The notes beneath the pieces are model-generated. The model made no database searches and was not told the origin of the DNA. It was given only the letters and a program-made list of their open reading frames with translations. The position numbers were made by a program, and so were the translations under genes. This document shows positions 10,670-19,709 of a stretch of DNA of 64,000 bases, piece after piece. The first letter of the stretch is position 1. Every line of letters starts with the position of its first letter. Source of the DNA: Candidatus Latescibacterota bacterium (GTDB lineage: Bacteria; Latescibacterota; UBA2968; GCA-2709665); the NCBI GenBank assembly GCA_963662665.2, contig CAXXJS010000055.1:29084-93083 (forward strand), written 5' to 3'.

Positions 10670-10987
10670 ATGCCGGAATTTGAGCGTACGTTTCGAAGGA
10701 TCTATCGGGTGGTCTCCCGGATTCCAGAAGGTACCGTCGCCACCTACGGCCAGGTTGCGGGGATCGCGGGCGTGGGGCCCAGGCAGGTGGGGCAGGCGCT
10801 CAAAGCACTGCCCGCGAGCGCGAAGTGTCCGTGGCATCGGGTGATCAACGCACGGGGCACGGTGTCGATTCGCACCGGCGCCAGAAAGGCGCATCTGGTC
10901 CAGGAAGCGCTTCTGAAGGCCGAAGGCGTGACCTTCGTGAAGGGGAAAGTGGATCTGCACGTCTACAGATGGCACGCGGACGTATAG
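10670..10987 (+). CDS. Alkyltransferase-like protein (ATL/YbaZ, MGMT family)
   Basis: IPEGTVATYGQVA, PRQVG and PWHRV (Trp replaces the catalytic Cys of PCHRV). Confidence 0.88.
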   Translation: MPEFERTFRRIYRVVSRIPEGTVATYGQVAGIAGVGPRQVGQALKALPASAKCPWHRVINARGTVSIRTGARKAHLVQEALLKAEGVTFVKGKVDLHVYRWHADV

Positions 10988-11159
10988 GTTCCATACACCG
11001 CCCCCCAACGGTCATTCGCGCTTAGCGTCTGCTAACGGCTTCCGTCTCAACTTCTTGCCCCGGATTGGGTTAGATGGGCGATGCAACCGCCGACAGCTTG
11101 TCTCCAGACCGGAGTTGGAACATCGAAACAACGGAACAGAACGTCCATCGGATGACCCA

Positions 11160-12941
11160 ATGACGCTAAATCCCTTCAGACCCTTCTGGACGTATCTGAA
11201 ACCCTACAGCAGTCGTATCCTCACGGGTCTGGCGCTGTTGTCGATCGGCCAACTGGCTTCGAGCGCGATACCTCTTGCGTTGAGAGAAGCGGTCGATCTG
11301 GTAAAGGAATGGTTGGACGGCGCGAAGGACGGGATCCCGCTGCAGGACGGAAGCGTGAGCGATCAGGTGGTATTCTGGGTATTGATTATCCTCGGACTCG
11401 CGCTGGTGCAAATGGGGTTGGAAATGGGCATGCGCTGGTGCCTGATCAGCGTTTCACGTTATGTCGAGTACGATATTAGACGGGACTATTTCAGGTCTTT
11501 GTTGAGGCAGTCTCTGAACTACTTCCATCAGACGCCGACCGGCGATCTCATTTCCCGTGCGACCAACGACATGAACGCCGTCCGTATGTTTCTGGGCTTC
11601 GGCGTACGTATGTTGTTCGGTGCGGTTCTGGGCCTGGCCCTGAGCATGATTGTGATGTGCTGGATCGACTGGAAGCTGGCAATATTCGCTGTCGTGCCGA
11701 TGCCGTTGATGGCCCTGGTAATGAACCGCCTGGCCGGCAGGGTCCACCACGGGTTCCGGTCCGTGCAGGAACAGTTTTCGCGAATAAGCGCCCGCGTTCA
11801 GGAAAACCTGTCCGGCATCAGGGTGGTCAAAGCATTTGCACAGGGGAGCGCCGAGATCGATGCGTTTGACGAATTGAACCGGGACTACCTGGTCAAGAAC
11901 CGCAAGCTGATCCGCATTCAAAGTCTCCTTTTTCCGCTGACGTTTCTGATCAGCGGCGCGTCGCTGGCGGTCATACTCTGGGTAGGCGGCGCGCATGTGA
12001 TCGAGGGTCGGCTCACTCTCGGGGATTTCGTGGCGTTCAACGCCTACCTGACCAAGTTGATTTTTCCTATGATTACATTGGGCTGGATGATCGACCGGTA
12101 CCAGCGGGGTCTGGCGTCCATGAAGCGGATTGAGGAAGTCCTCGCCACAATACCCGAAATCCAGGATTCGGACCGCGTGAGGAAAGTCAAATCGCTTCAC
12201 GGTAAAATCGAATTCCGGAACCTGACCTTTTCGTACAATGGCGTGCCGGTATTGAAAAATATCGATCTGCATATTCCAGGTGGCAGCACGCTTGCGCTGG
12301 TCGGTCGGATTGGTTCTGGCAAAACCACGCTGGCACGACTGATCCCGCGCCTGCTTCAGGCAACGGGGGGCGCCGTGCTGATCGACGGTATTCCGGTGGA
12401 TGATATCCCCCTGGTTACGCTCCGGGCGTCCATCGGATATGTCCCTCAGGATACATTTCTTTTCTCGGACTCGCTTCGGGAGAATATCAGCCTTGGGCAC
12501 GACCGGGCAACGGAGGGAGACGTACTGTGGGCGAGCGACGTCGCCGGTCTTTCGAGCGATCTTTCGAATTTCCCTCAGGGAATCGAAACTTTGATCGGTG
12601 AGCGTGGCGTGACACTGTCGGGTGGCCAGAAGCAACGGACCGCGCTGGCCCGCGCGGTGATCCGTCGACCTGAAATTCTGATTCTGGATGATGCGCTCGC
12701 CAGCGTCGATACGCAGACCGAAGAGTTGATATTGAACCGTCTGCGTGAGGTTATGTCGGCCAGAACCACAATACTGATTGCGCACCGAATCTCAACTGTA
12801 CAGGACGCGGATCAGATCGTTGTACTGGATGAAGGGGCGATTGCGGAACGGGGCGCCCACAAGGAACTGATTAACCTCGGCGGCATCTATGCCGACATGC
12901 ACCGGCGCCAGCAGTTGACCCGAGAGCTGGAGGACATCTGA
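11160..12941 (+). CDS. ABC exporter, fused permease/ATPase (YheI/MdlA-like)
   Basis: Transmembrane domain plus GRIGSGKT, LSGGQ and degenerate Walker B (LDD). Confidence 0.92.
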   Translation: MTLNPFRPFWTYLKPYSSRILTGLALLSIGQLASSAIPLALREAVDLVKEWLDGAKDGIPLQDGSVSDQVVFWVLIILGLALVQMGLEMGMRWCLISVSRYVEYDIRRDYFRSLLRQSLNYFHQTPTGDLISRATNDMNAVRMFLGFGVRMLFGAVLGLALSMIVMCWIDWKLAIFAVVPMPLMALVMNRLAGRVHHGFRSVQEQFSRISARVQENLSGIRVVKAFAQGSAEIDAFDELNRDYLVKNRKLIRIQSLLFPLTFLISGASLAVILWVGGAHVIEGRLTLGDFVAFNAYLTKLIFPMITLGWMIDRYQRGLASMKRIEEVLATIPEIQDSDRVRKVKSLHGKIEFRNLTFSYNGVPVLKNIDLHIPGGSTLALVGRIGSGKTTLARLIPRLLQATGGAVLIDGIPVDDIPLVTLRASIGYVPQDTFLFSDSLRENISLGHDRATEGDVLWASDVAGLSSDLSNFPQGIETLIGERGVTLSGGQKQRTALARAVIRRPEILILDDALASVDTQTEELILNRLREVMSARTTILIAHRISTVQDADQIVVLDEGAIAERGAHKELINLGGIYADMHRRQQLTRELEDI

Positions 12942-13088
12942 CAGCCCGTTGAAATTGCCCATCCGGGCTGCGTCCGGCCCCTTCTGGCGGAATGACTGCG
13001 TTCCACTCCCTCGCCGAATCCCCCGATTCGACGCGGTCGCACGCCTTGTCTTCGGCCTCGCCTGAAGAGCGACTTTATCAACGGACCG
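12942..13088. mobile_element. MITE copy C (diverged, short internal deletion)
   Basis: Aligns end to end with 52450-52609; flanked by CTGA/CTAA, where the left TGA is the stop codon of the upstream ABC gene. Confidence 0.85.
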
Positions 13089-13132
13089 CTAAACCTGCGG
13101 GTACCGTAGCTGCCCGGGAGCGGCAACCCCCA

Positions 13133-14917
13133 ATGTCCGACGCAACACGCGATGTCCACGAAGAAGAGGTGACGCAGAAGCCGTTCGATGCGAGGCTGAT
13201 GTGGCGCCTTCTGGCTTATCTCAAGCCGTATTCGGTTTGGGTGACTGTGGCGTTCGTCCTGATTCTCTTGGCTTCGGGCGCCAGGCAGGCAGGTCCGTAT
13301 CTAAGCAAGATTGCCGTGGATGACCATATCCTTCAGGGGGACCTGGCGGGCCTGAACCGGATCGTGCTGGTGTTCGTGGGGCTGCTCGTGTTTCAGTTTA
13401 TGGCCGACGTGGCTCAGAGGATGGTCACCCAGATGGTTGGACAGTGGGTGATGTACGATATTCGCAAGGCGATCTTTGCGCATCTTCAACGGTTACCCGT
13501 TCGATTCTTCGACCGCACGCCCATCGGCAGGCTGATGACCCGCAACACCAACGACGTGGACGCGCTCAACGAGTTGTTTACGGATGGGGTGGTGGCCGTG
13601 TTCAGCGATATCTTCACGCTGATCGCAATTATGGCATTTATGTTTTACATGGACGCGTCACTCGCGTTTCTGGTCTGCGCGACGGTGCCCGTAATGTTCG
13701 GAGTGACGTTCTGGTTCCAGGGGAGCATGTTGCGCGCTTTTCGCCTGGCGCGCAGCCGGTTGGCACGATTGAACGCCTATTTGCAGGAAAATATCACGGG
13801 TATGCCGGTGGTACAGCTCTTCGGCCGCGAAGGCCGGCACGCGGATCGGTTTGACGGGATAAACGGCCGATACCGGTCCGCAAATCTGGAGTCGACGCTG
13901 TATTACTCGCTCTATTTTCCAATAATGCAGTTGCTCGGTTCCGTGGCGATGGCGCTCGTCATCTGGCAGGGAAGCAACGATGTGATCCGATCTCAGATCG
14001 AGTGGGGAGCGTTGGTGGCCATGCTGCAGTACATCCCTCGGTTCTTCTGGCCCATTCTGGATGTCGCAGAACGGTACGCGATCCTGCAGGCGGCGATGGC
14101 GTCGTCAGAGCGGATATTTGAACTCCTGGATACGGAGCCGGAGCCCGGCCCCGGCAAGGCAGGACGGAAGAGGATCCGCGGCGAGATCGAGTTCTCAAAT
14201 GTCTGGTTTGCCTATAACGAGGATGATTGGGTCCTGAAAGACGTCTCGTTCCTCGTGAAACCCGGGGAACGGCTGGCCATTGTCGGCGCGACGGGTTCCG
14301 GAAAGACAACCATTATCAACCTGCTGTGCAGATTCTACGACGTTCAACGCGGGCTGATTCGAATAGACGGAGTCGATATTCGGGAGTGGGACGTCGACGC
14401 TTTAAGGCGACGCATTGGCGTCGTACAACAGGATGTATTTCTGTTCTCAGGGGACATTGGCGCGAATATCCGCCTGAGAAACGCCGAAATCTCACAACAG
14501 AGGGTCGAACAGGCCGCGCGCGACGTAAACGCACAGCGGTTCATCAGCCGCCTGCCCGCAGGTTACGGTCATGCCGTCACGGAAAGGGGCGACACACTGT
14601 CCGGCGGACAGCGCCAGCTGCTGGCCTTCGCCCGGGCGATCGCATTTGAACCCGACATCCTGGTTCTGGACGAAGCTACCTCCAGCGTAGACACCGAAAC
14701 GGAGGCCTGGATTCAGGACGCGGTGGGCAGACTGATGAGGTCGAGGACTTCCATCGTTATCGCGCATCGGATTTCAACCGTGCGCAGCGCCTACCGGATT
14801 CTGGTCCTTCACAAAGGCGAGATTCGAGAAGCGGGTACACACGAAGCCCTGTTGGCGCGGAGGGGTATCTATTACCGGCTTCACCAACTTCAATACGTGG
14901 GCGGTGGGCCCGGTTAG
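13133..14917 (+). CDS. ABC exporter, fused permease/ATPase (YheH/MdlB-like)
   Basis: GATGSGKT, LSGGQ and LDEATS motifs; partner of the upstream gene. Confidence 0.92.
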   Translation: MSDATRDVHEEEVTQKPFDARLMWRLLAYLKPYSVWVTVAFVLILLASGARQAGPYLSKIAVDDHILQGDLAGLNRIVLVFVGLLVFQFMADVAQRMVTQMVGQWVMYDIRKAIFAHLQRLPVRFFDRTPIGRLMTRNTNDVDALNELFTDGVVAVFSDIFTLIAIMAFMFYMDASLAFLVCATVPVMFGVTFWFQGSMLRAFRLARSRLARLNAYLQENITGMPVVQLFGREGRHADRFDGINGRYRSANLESTLYYSLYFPIMQLLGSVAMALVIWQGSNDVIRSQIEWGALVAMLQYIPRFFWPILDVAERYAILQAAMASSERIFELLDTEPEPGPGKAGRKRIRGEIEFSNVWFAYNEDDWVLKDVSFLVKPGERLAIVGATGSGKTTIINLLCRFYDVQRGLIRIDGVDIREWDVDALRRRIGVVQQDVFLFSGDIGANIRLRNAEISQQRVEQAARDVNAQRFISRLPAGYGHAVTERGDTLSGGQRQLLAFARAIAFEPDILVLDEATSSVDTETEAWIQDAVGRLMRSRTSIVIAHRISTVRSAYRILVLHKGEIREAGTHEALLARRGIYYRLHQLQYVGGGPG

Positions 14918-14928
14918 GCTGTTTTTTG

Positions 14929-14957
14929 TTGACAAAACGTCTACATTTGTATATCCT
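14929..14957 (+). promoter_or_regulatory. Sigma70-type promoter for the HU/small protein/tRNA-Arg unit
   Basis: TTGACA-17 bp-TATCCT. Confidence 0.65.
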
Positions 14958-15029
14958 TTTCGCTTGTCCGAACCAATTCGACCGGTCGGTTTTTCGTTGA
15001 GTCGCAAGCCAATTTCGAAAGGGGATTCG

Positions 15030-15308
15030 GTGACCAAAGCCGATATCGTCAATCAGATTGCAGAGGCCACAGGGTTGCCGAAATCGGATACGGCGGCTGT
15101 TGTGGAGGGTTTTCTCGACTCGGTTGTGTCGGCATTGCAACAAGGCGAGCATATCGAAATTCGAGGGTTTGGAACGTTTAAGGTCGTGACCCGGGCGCCC
15201 CGGATTGGGCGAAACCCAAAAACAGGCGACGTCGTTCAAATTCCGGAACGCCCCGCGCCGGTTTTCAAGCCTTCCAGGGAATTGCGGGCGGGCCTTAGAG
15301 GAGAATAA
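15030..15308 (+). CDS. HU/IHF family DNA-binding protein
   Basis: MTKADIV start, IRGFGTF, GRNPKTG and PVFKPS motifs; GTG start after GGGG RBS. Confidence 0.95.
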   Translation: MTKADIVNQIAEATGLPKSDTAAVVEGFLDSVVSALQQGEHIEIRGFGTFKVVTRAPRIGRNPKTGDVVQIPERPAPVFKPSRELRAGLRGE

Positions 15309-15360
15309 CCGGTCAGAACCCGCTCCTCACCACCGATGGTTTGACCAGAAGGAGTATCAC

Positions 15361-15450
15361 TTGCCCTGCGGAAGAAAACGAAAGCGCCACAAGATCGCGA
15401 CTCACAAGCGCAAGAAACGTCGCAGAAGAGATCGCCACAAGAAAGTCTGA
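15361..15450 (+). CDS. AURKAIP1/COX24-domain small basic protein (bS22/mS38-like)
   Basis: TTG start with AGGAG RBS; MPCGRKRKRHKIATHKRKKRRRRDRHKKV, 29 aa. Confidence 0.85.
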   Translation: MPCGRKRKRHKIATHKRKKRRRRDRHKKV

Positions 15451-15470
15451 CCGTATTCCAGAGTTGTGCG

Positions 15471-15548
15471 GGGGCATTAGCTCAGTCTGGATAGAGCGCT
15501 GGTCTCCGGAACCAGAGGTCACAGGTTCGAATCCTGTATGTCCCACCA
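15471..15548 (+). tRNA. tRNA-Arg(CCG)
   Basis: Acceptor GGGGCAT/ATGTCCC, anticodon arm CTGGT-CTCCGGA-ACCAG, GTTCGAATC, encoded CCA. Confidence 0.95.
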
Positions 15549-15556
15549 TGCCTGTC

Positions 15557-15596
15557 AAAGGCGGGCCGGCGAGTAATCGACGGCCCGCCTTTTTTG
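15557..15596 (+). terminator. Rho-independent terminator
   Basis: AAAGGCGGGCCG ... CGGCCCGCCTTT followed by a T-run. Confidence 0.8.
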
Positions 15597-15780
15597 TGTC
15601 CGCGCCTCGTGGCAATCAGATGTGTGGAACTCCAAACCCCATTCGCCGGTACGGAGTGGCCGTCGTACCCGAACCGTGCGGGACTTGAAGAAAATGGAAC
15701 TTTCGTACTTCCAAATCGTTCCAAGCGTACGTCGCTCCATATCAAATCCGGAAACGCCGGTGAAATCGGGCGGCGGCTTC

Positions 15781-16677
15781 ATGGGAGCAAAGGGGTTGTT
15801 ATCCGCCGTGGACTTCCAGGAACCCACCAGGAAGCGTCTTCCTCACGACGCCTCGGTACAGCGATATCTGAAGGAACTTCGCCGGTATCCACCCATGACG
15901 CGCAAAGAGGAAACGGATACCCTCGCGCGGGCCCGAAAGGGCGATTCAAAGGCGATCGAGCGGCTGGTTACCTCCAATCTGCGTTTTGTCGTGAGCGTCG
16001 CCCTCGAGTACCAGGGCCGCGGTGTGCCACTTTCCGATTTGATTGCCGAAGGCAACATGGGCTTGATGGAAGCGCTGAACCGGTTTGACGAAACCCGGGG
16101 TTACAAATTCATCAGCTATGCAGTCTGGTGGATTCGCCAGGCGATATTGAATGCGTTGAAACGAACTTCAGCGGTGTCCATGCCGGCCAACCGGCAGGAG
16201 GATATGGATCGCATGGCCCGGCGGTGGGGACAGATGACCCAGGAACTGGGGCGGGTGCCCACGGTGGACGAGGTGGCGAGTGATATGAAGATCAGTCGAA
16301 AGCGCGCGGAACGCGCACTTCGGTGCGCACGGTCGGACCTCTCCCTCGAGTCTCCCATCGACGCGGAAGGTGAAAAGACCCTGTTGCAGGTGCTCGACTG
16401 CGACGACGCCCACCCGGATCTGGAGGTTCTGGAAAGAGACCGCACCGAACTCATCAACGCCTCCCTCTCGGGTAGTCTCGACGCCAGGGAGGCAAACGTA
16501 ATCCGGTCCTATTTCGGCCTGGAAGGCAGAGACCGAAGGACACTGGGCGAGATCGGCGGCGAACTGGGCGTCACGCGGGAACGCGTACGCCAGATCCGGA
16601 ATCGAGCCCTGGGCAAACTTCGCCGATATTTCAAACAACGGGTGCGTGCCGAGGAGTCCTGGCAGGATCAGGTCTGA
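15781..16677 (+). CDS. RNA polymerase sigma-70 family factor (RpoD/RpoS-like, regions 1.2-4)
   Basis: SNLRFVVSVA, DLIAEGN, KFISYAVWWIRQ and TRERVRQI motifs; start uncertain (ATG 15694 is an alternative). Confidence 0.92.
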   Translation: MGAKGLLSAVDFQEPTRKRLPHDASVQRYLKELRRYPPMTRKEETDTLARARKGDSKAIERLVTSNLRFVVSVALEYQGRGVPLSDLIAEGNMGLMEALNRFDETRGYKFISYAVWWIRQAILNALKRTSAVSMPANRQEDMDRMARRWGQMTQELGRVPTVDEVASDMKISRKRAERALRCARSDLSLESPIDAEGEKTLLQVLDCDDAHPDLEVLERDRTELINASLSGSLDAREANVIRSYFGLEGRDRRTLGEIGGELGVTRERVRQIRNRALGKLRRYFKQRVRAEESWQDQV

Positions 16678-16705
16678 TGCCGCATTGACGCAGGGGCTGT
16701 AACAG

Positions 16706-16739
16706 GCGGGTAGGGGGTTTTCCCCCGCCCGCATTTTTG
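16706..16739 (+). terminator. Probable Rho-independent terminator
   Basis: GCGGGTAGGGGG-TTTT-CCCCCGCCCGC then ATTTTT. Confidence 0.6.
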
Positions 16740-17184
16740 TTGCAGGGAGCGAAACCGGTACGGCAGGTCGGTTGCGGTGAGGAACCGGCGGTCCAAGACA
16801 AGTACAAAGTCGTTGATCCTACCGGATTTAATGGTTAAATTGGAAGCGCTTCCGGATTGGATCGCTTAGGGAATGTTACACCATTGAAAGACGACACTTA
16901 TTGGCGTCATATCGAGATTCCCGATCGTCTCCATATTGGCTCTGCCAAGAACTACCGGATCCGGTAGTTGAAACCCTCCTCCGTGTGGGCGCGCGCATGT
17001 GGTTTTCGAGGTTTGAACGTCCGTGGTCACGTATTATCCGGTCTGTCCGTGGGGCGGCTCTCACCGCGGACTTTGTGTTCCGCCTTCGCGCCAGTACGAC
17101 CGTACAGGCCTCTTGTTCCGCTGACGCTGGGAGGTGCCCGCCTGCGGCTGCGACCGGCCGGCGGTTATTCGCCGGTATGATCCC

Positions 17185-17958
17185 GTGAAAAGACTGTTGG
17201 AATTCCTGGGCCTGAAAACGACCCGCTTTCTGTTGCTGACCCACTCGATGTTCGGGTATTTTCAGCGGCTTCTTGCCGAATTGCCAAACGCCTACTTCTA
17301 CAGGCGGCAGATCGTTGAACAATGTTACTCCGTTGGCGTGAATTCGTTGTCTCTGGTCATCCTTGTTTCGGCGTTCAGTGGCATGGCCGTATCCACAATG
17401 ATGGCCTACCAGATGGAGGACTACGTTCCGGACTATATGGTGGGCAGCATCGTTGTTCGCTCAGTGCTGCTGGAACTGGCCCCGATTCTAATGGGGCTGG
17501 TTCTGGCGGGCCAGGTGGGTGCGGGAATTGCATCGGAAGTGGGCACGATGAAGGTTTCTGAACAGGTGGATGCGCTGGTTTCCCTCGCAGTGGATCCGGT
17601 CGGTTACCTCCTCATGCCGCGGGTTCTCGCCGGCATCGTAATGATTCCCGTACTTGTGGTATTCTCGGCTTTCACGTCGATTTACGCCGGTTACGTGATG
17701 TCCATTCTTCTTATGGATATTACAGTTGCGGATTTCGTGAAGGGAATGAAGCTGGATTTCAATTCGTACGATCTTGTGGTATGCCTGATCAAGTCCGTGA
17801 TTTACGGAGGGCTGATCACCTTCTACGGTTCGTACGCCGGACTGTCGGCAACGGGCGGGGCGCAGGGGGTGGGCCGCGCTGCGACGTCGGCGGTGGTGAT
17901 CTCGGCGGCCTCGATCTTGATTCTCGACTACTTCCTGACCAAAACGTTGCTTTATTGA
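17185..17958 (+). CDS. mlaE: MlaE family ABC permease
   Basis: ELAP, GAGIASEVGTMKVSEQVDAL, PRVLA and GGAQGVG motifs. Confidence 0.92.
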   Translation: MKRLLEFLGLKTTRFLLLTHSMFGYFQRLLAELPNAYFYRRQIVEQCYSVGVNSLSLVILVSAFSGMAVSTMMAYQMEDYVPDYMVGSIVVRSVLLELAPILMGLVLAGQVGAGIASEVGTMKVSEQVDALVSLAVDPVGYLLMPRVLAGIVMIPVLVVFSAFTSIYAGYVMSILLMDITVADFVKGMKLDFNSYDLVVCLIKSVIYGGLITFYGSYAGLSATGGAQGVGRAATSAVVISAASILILDYFLTKTLLY

Positions 17959-18013
17959 AAACGGACTTTCATCCGTTTCGAATGTGGATCCTACCGTCCA
18001 GGGGCGTCGGTGC

Positions 18014-18769
18014 ATGGGAAAAAAATCGGCAAAGAATGGCGCTGCTGTAAGATTCGAAGCCGTGTTCAAGCGATTCGATGACTTGAAAGTGCTGACGGGT
18101 ATGGATCTGGAGGTCCGCTGGGGAGAAGTCACGACCATTCTGGGGCCCAGCGGATGCGGTAAGAGCGTGACGCTCAAGCATATTATCGGCATCGAACAGG
18201 CAGACCACGGACGGGTGACGGTTGCCGGCCACGATATGAATACCATCCAGAAGAACGACCTTAAGGAACTGAGAAAGCGAATCGGAGTGCTGTTTCAGTC
18301 CGCGGCGCTGTTCGATTCAATGAATGTAAAGGAGAACGTGGCATTCGGGCTGCGAATGCACACCCGGATGTCGGAGCAGCAGATTGCAGAACGGGTCGGG
18401 GTATGCCTTGAAGCCGTTCGGCTCTCCGGGGCCGAGCCGACGATGCCCGTCGAGCTTTCGGGCGGTATGCGGAAGCGTGCGGCGCTGGCGAGGGCAATTG
18501 CAATGTCACCGGATTTTATCCTGTACGACGAGCCAACCACGGGCCTCGACCCCGGCACGGCCGCAGTAGTGGGCGACTATATTCTGAAACTTCAACGTGA
18601 GCTGGAAGTGACCTCGGTTGTGGTTACCCACGATCTGCCGCTTGCCCGCAGGATTTCGGACAGGATTGCCCTGCTCTACAACGGAAAGACAGCCATTCAA
18701 GGGACTCCCGAGGAAATTGAGAGGAGCGGAAACGATGTCTATGACCTGTTTGTTCAAGGGAAAGTCTGA
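18014..18769 (+). CDS. mlaF: MlaF family ABC ATP-binding protein
   Basis: GPSGCGKS, FQSAALFDS, LSGGMRKR and YDEPTTGLDP motifs. Confidence 0.92.
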   Translation: MGKKSAKNGAAVRFEAVFKRFDDLKVLTGMDLEVRWGEVTTILGPSGCGKSVTLKHIIGIEQADHGRVTVAGHDMNTIQKNDLKELRKRIGVLFQSAALFDSMNVKENVAFGLRMHTRMSEQQIAERVGVCLEAVRLSGAEPTMPVELSGGMRKRAALARAIAMSPDFILYDEPTTGLDPGTAAVVGDYILKLQRELEVTSVVVTHDLPLARRISDRIALLYNGKTAIQGTPEEIERSGNDVYDLFVQGKV

Positions 18770-18781
18770 AGCGGGTGACGA

Positions 18782-19687
18782 ATGATCAGCCGAGAAAAAC
18801 AGATGGTTCTGGGCGCCGTCATTTTTCTGGCGATTGCGATTGCGGTCCTTGGCGCGACCTGGCTATCGGAGAATTACGCCGGAGCCGCCGGCGGTTATCA
18901 GCTGCATGTCAATTTCGAAAGCGTACCAGGGCTGCAACCCGGTGACCCGGTGTTCATCCGGGGTGTCTGGGCCGGCAAGGTGCTGGAAATCAGACTTACG
19001 CATGGATTGCCACTTGTAAGCATCGGCTTTGCGGAATTTCGAAACCTTCCCCGGGATTCGAAGATTTTCTTGCAGGCCGAGGGATTATTGGGGGGCAAGA
19101 TGATCGACGTGCAGGTGGGATCGGACGTCGAAAGGGTCTATGCCGACCACGACACGCTGCATGGGTTGTCGGGTGGCGGCATCGAAGAGATGGCGGAACA
19201 TGCCAGTTCACTGGCCCAGCGCCTGGAAGCGGTGCTTGCCGATAGGAATCTTACCCACGTCGAGGCCTTGCTGGAGAATATGGATAGTACGGCCGTGCAC
19301 CTCAAACAAACCCTTTCAGAGAACCGCGAGACCCTCGCAGCCGTGCTGGATAACGCCGCCGAGGCTGCGCGCGACGCACGGGGCATGCTGGGCGAGAACC
19401 GGCCGGAGGTGCGCCGGGTTGTCGAAAACATGCAGCGCGCAACAAAAAGGTTGGACGGAGTGGCGCGTAATATGGAGACCGCGTTGGAATCGCTCGGGAC
19501 GTCACTATCCGATCTGAACGACGTGAGCGGAAAACTGCGCCGCGGTGAAGGAACGCTGGGCCGCCTGATTTACGACGAACGGTTGTATTCGGATCTGGAG
19601 CGTACGCTCACCTCGGTGGATAGCCTGATCGAAGATATCAGAACGGACCCGAAACGCTATCTCAATGTTGATTTCAGTCTGTTCTAA
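18782..19687 (+). CDS. mlaD: MlaD/MCE family protein with helical extension
   Basis: N-terminal TM helix, GLQPGDPVFIRGV, GLLG, coiled region, and GEGTLGRLI...DPKRY tail. Confidence 0.9.
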   Translation: MISREKQMVLGAVIFLAIAIAVLGATWLSENYAGAAGGYQLHVNFESVPGLQPGDPVFIRGVWAGKVLEIRLTHGLPLVSIGFAEFRNLPRDSKIFLQAEGLLGGKMIDVQVGSDVERVYADHDTLHGLSGGGIEEMAEHASSLAQRLEAVLADRNLTHVEALLENMDSTAVHLKQTLSENRETLAAVLDNAAEAARDARGMLGENRPEVRRVVENMQRATKRLDGVARNMETALESLGTSLSDLNDVSGKLRRGEGTLGRLIYDERLYSDLERTLTSVDSLIEDIRTDPKRYLNVDFSLF

Positions 19688-19709
19688 GCGGAGGTTTGGT
19701 GTGAGGGGG

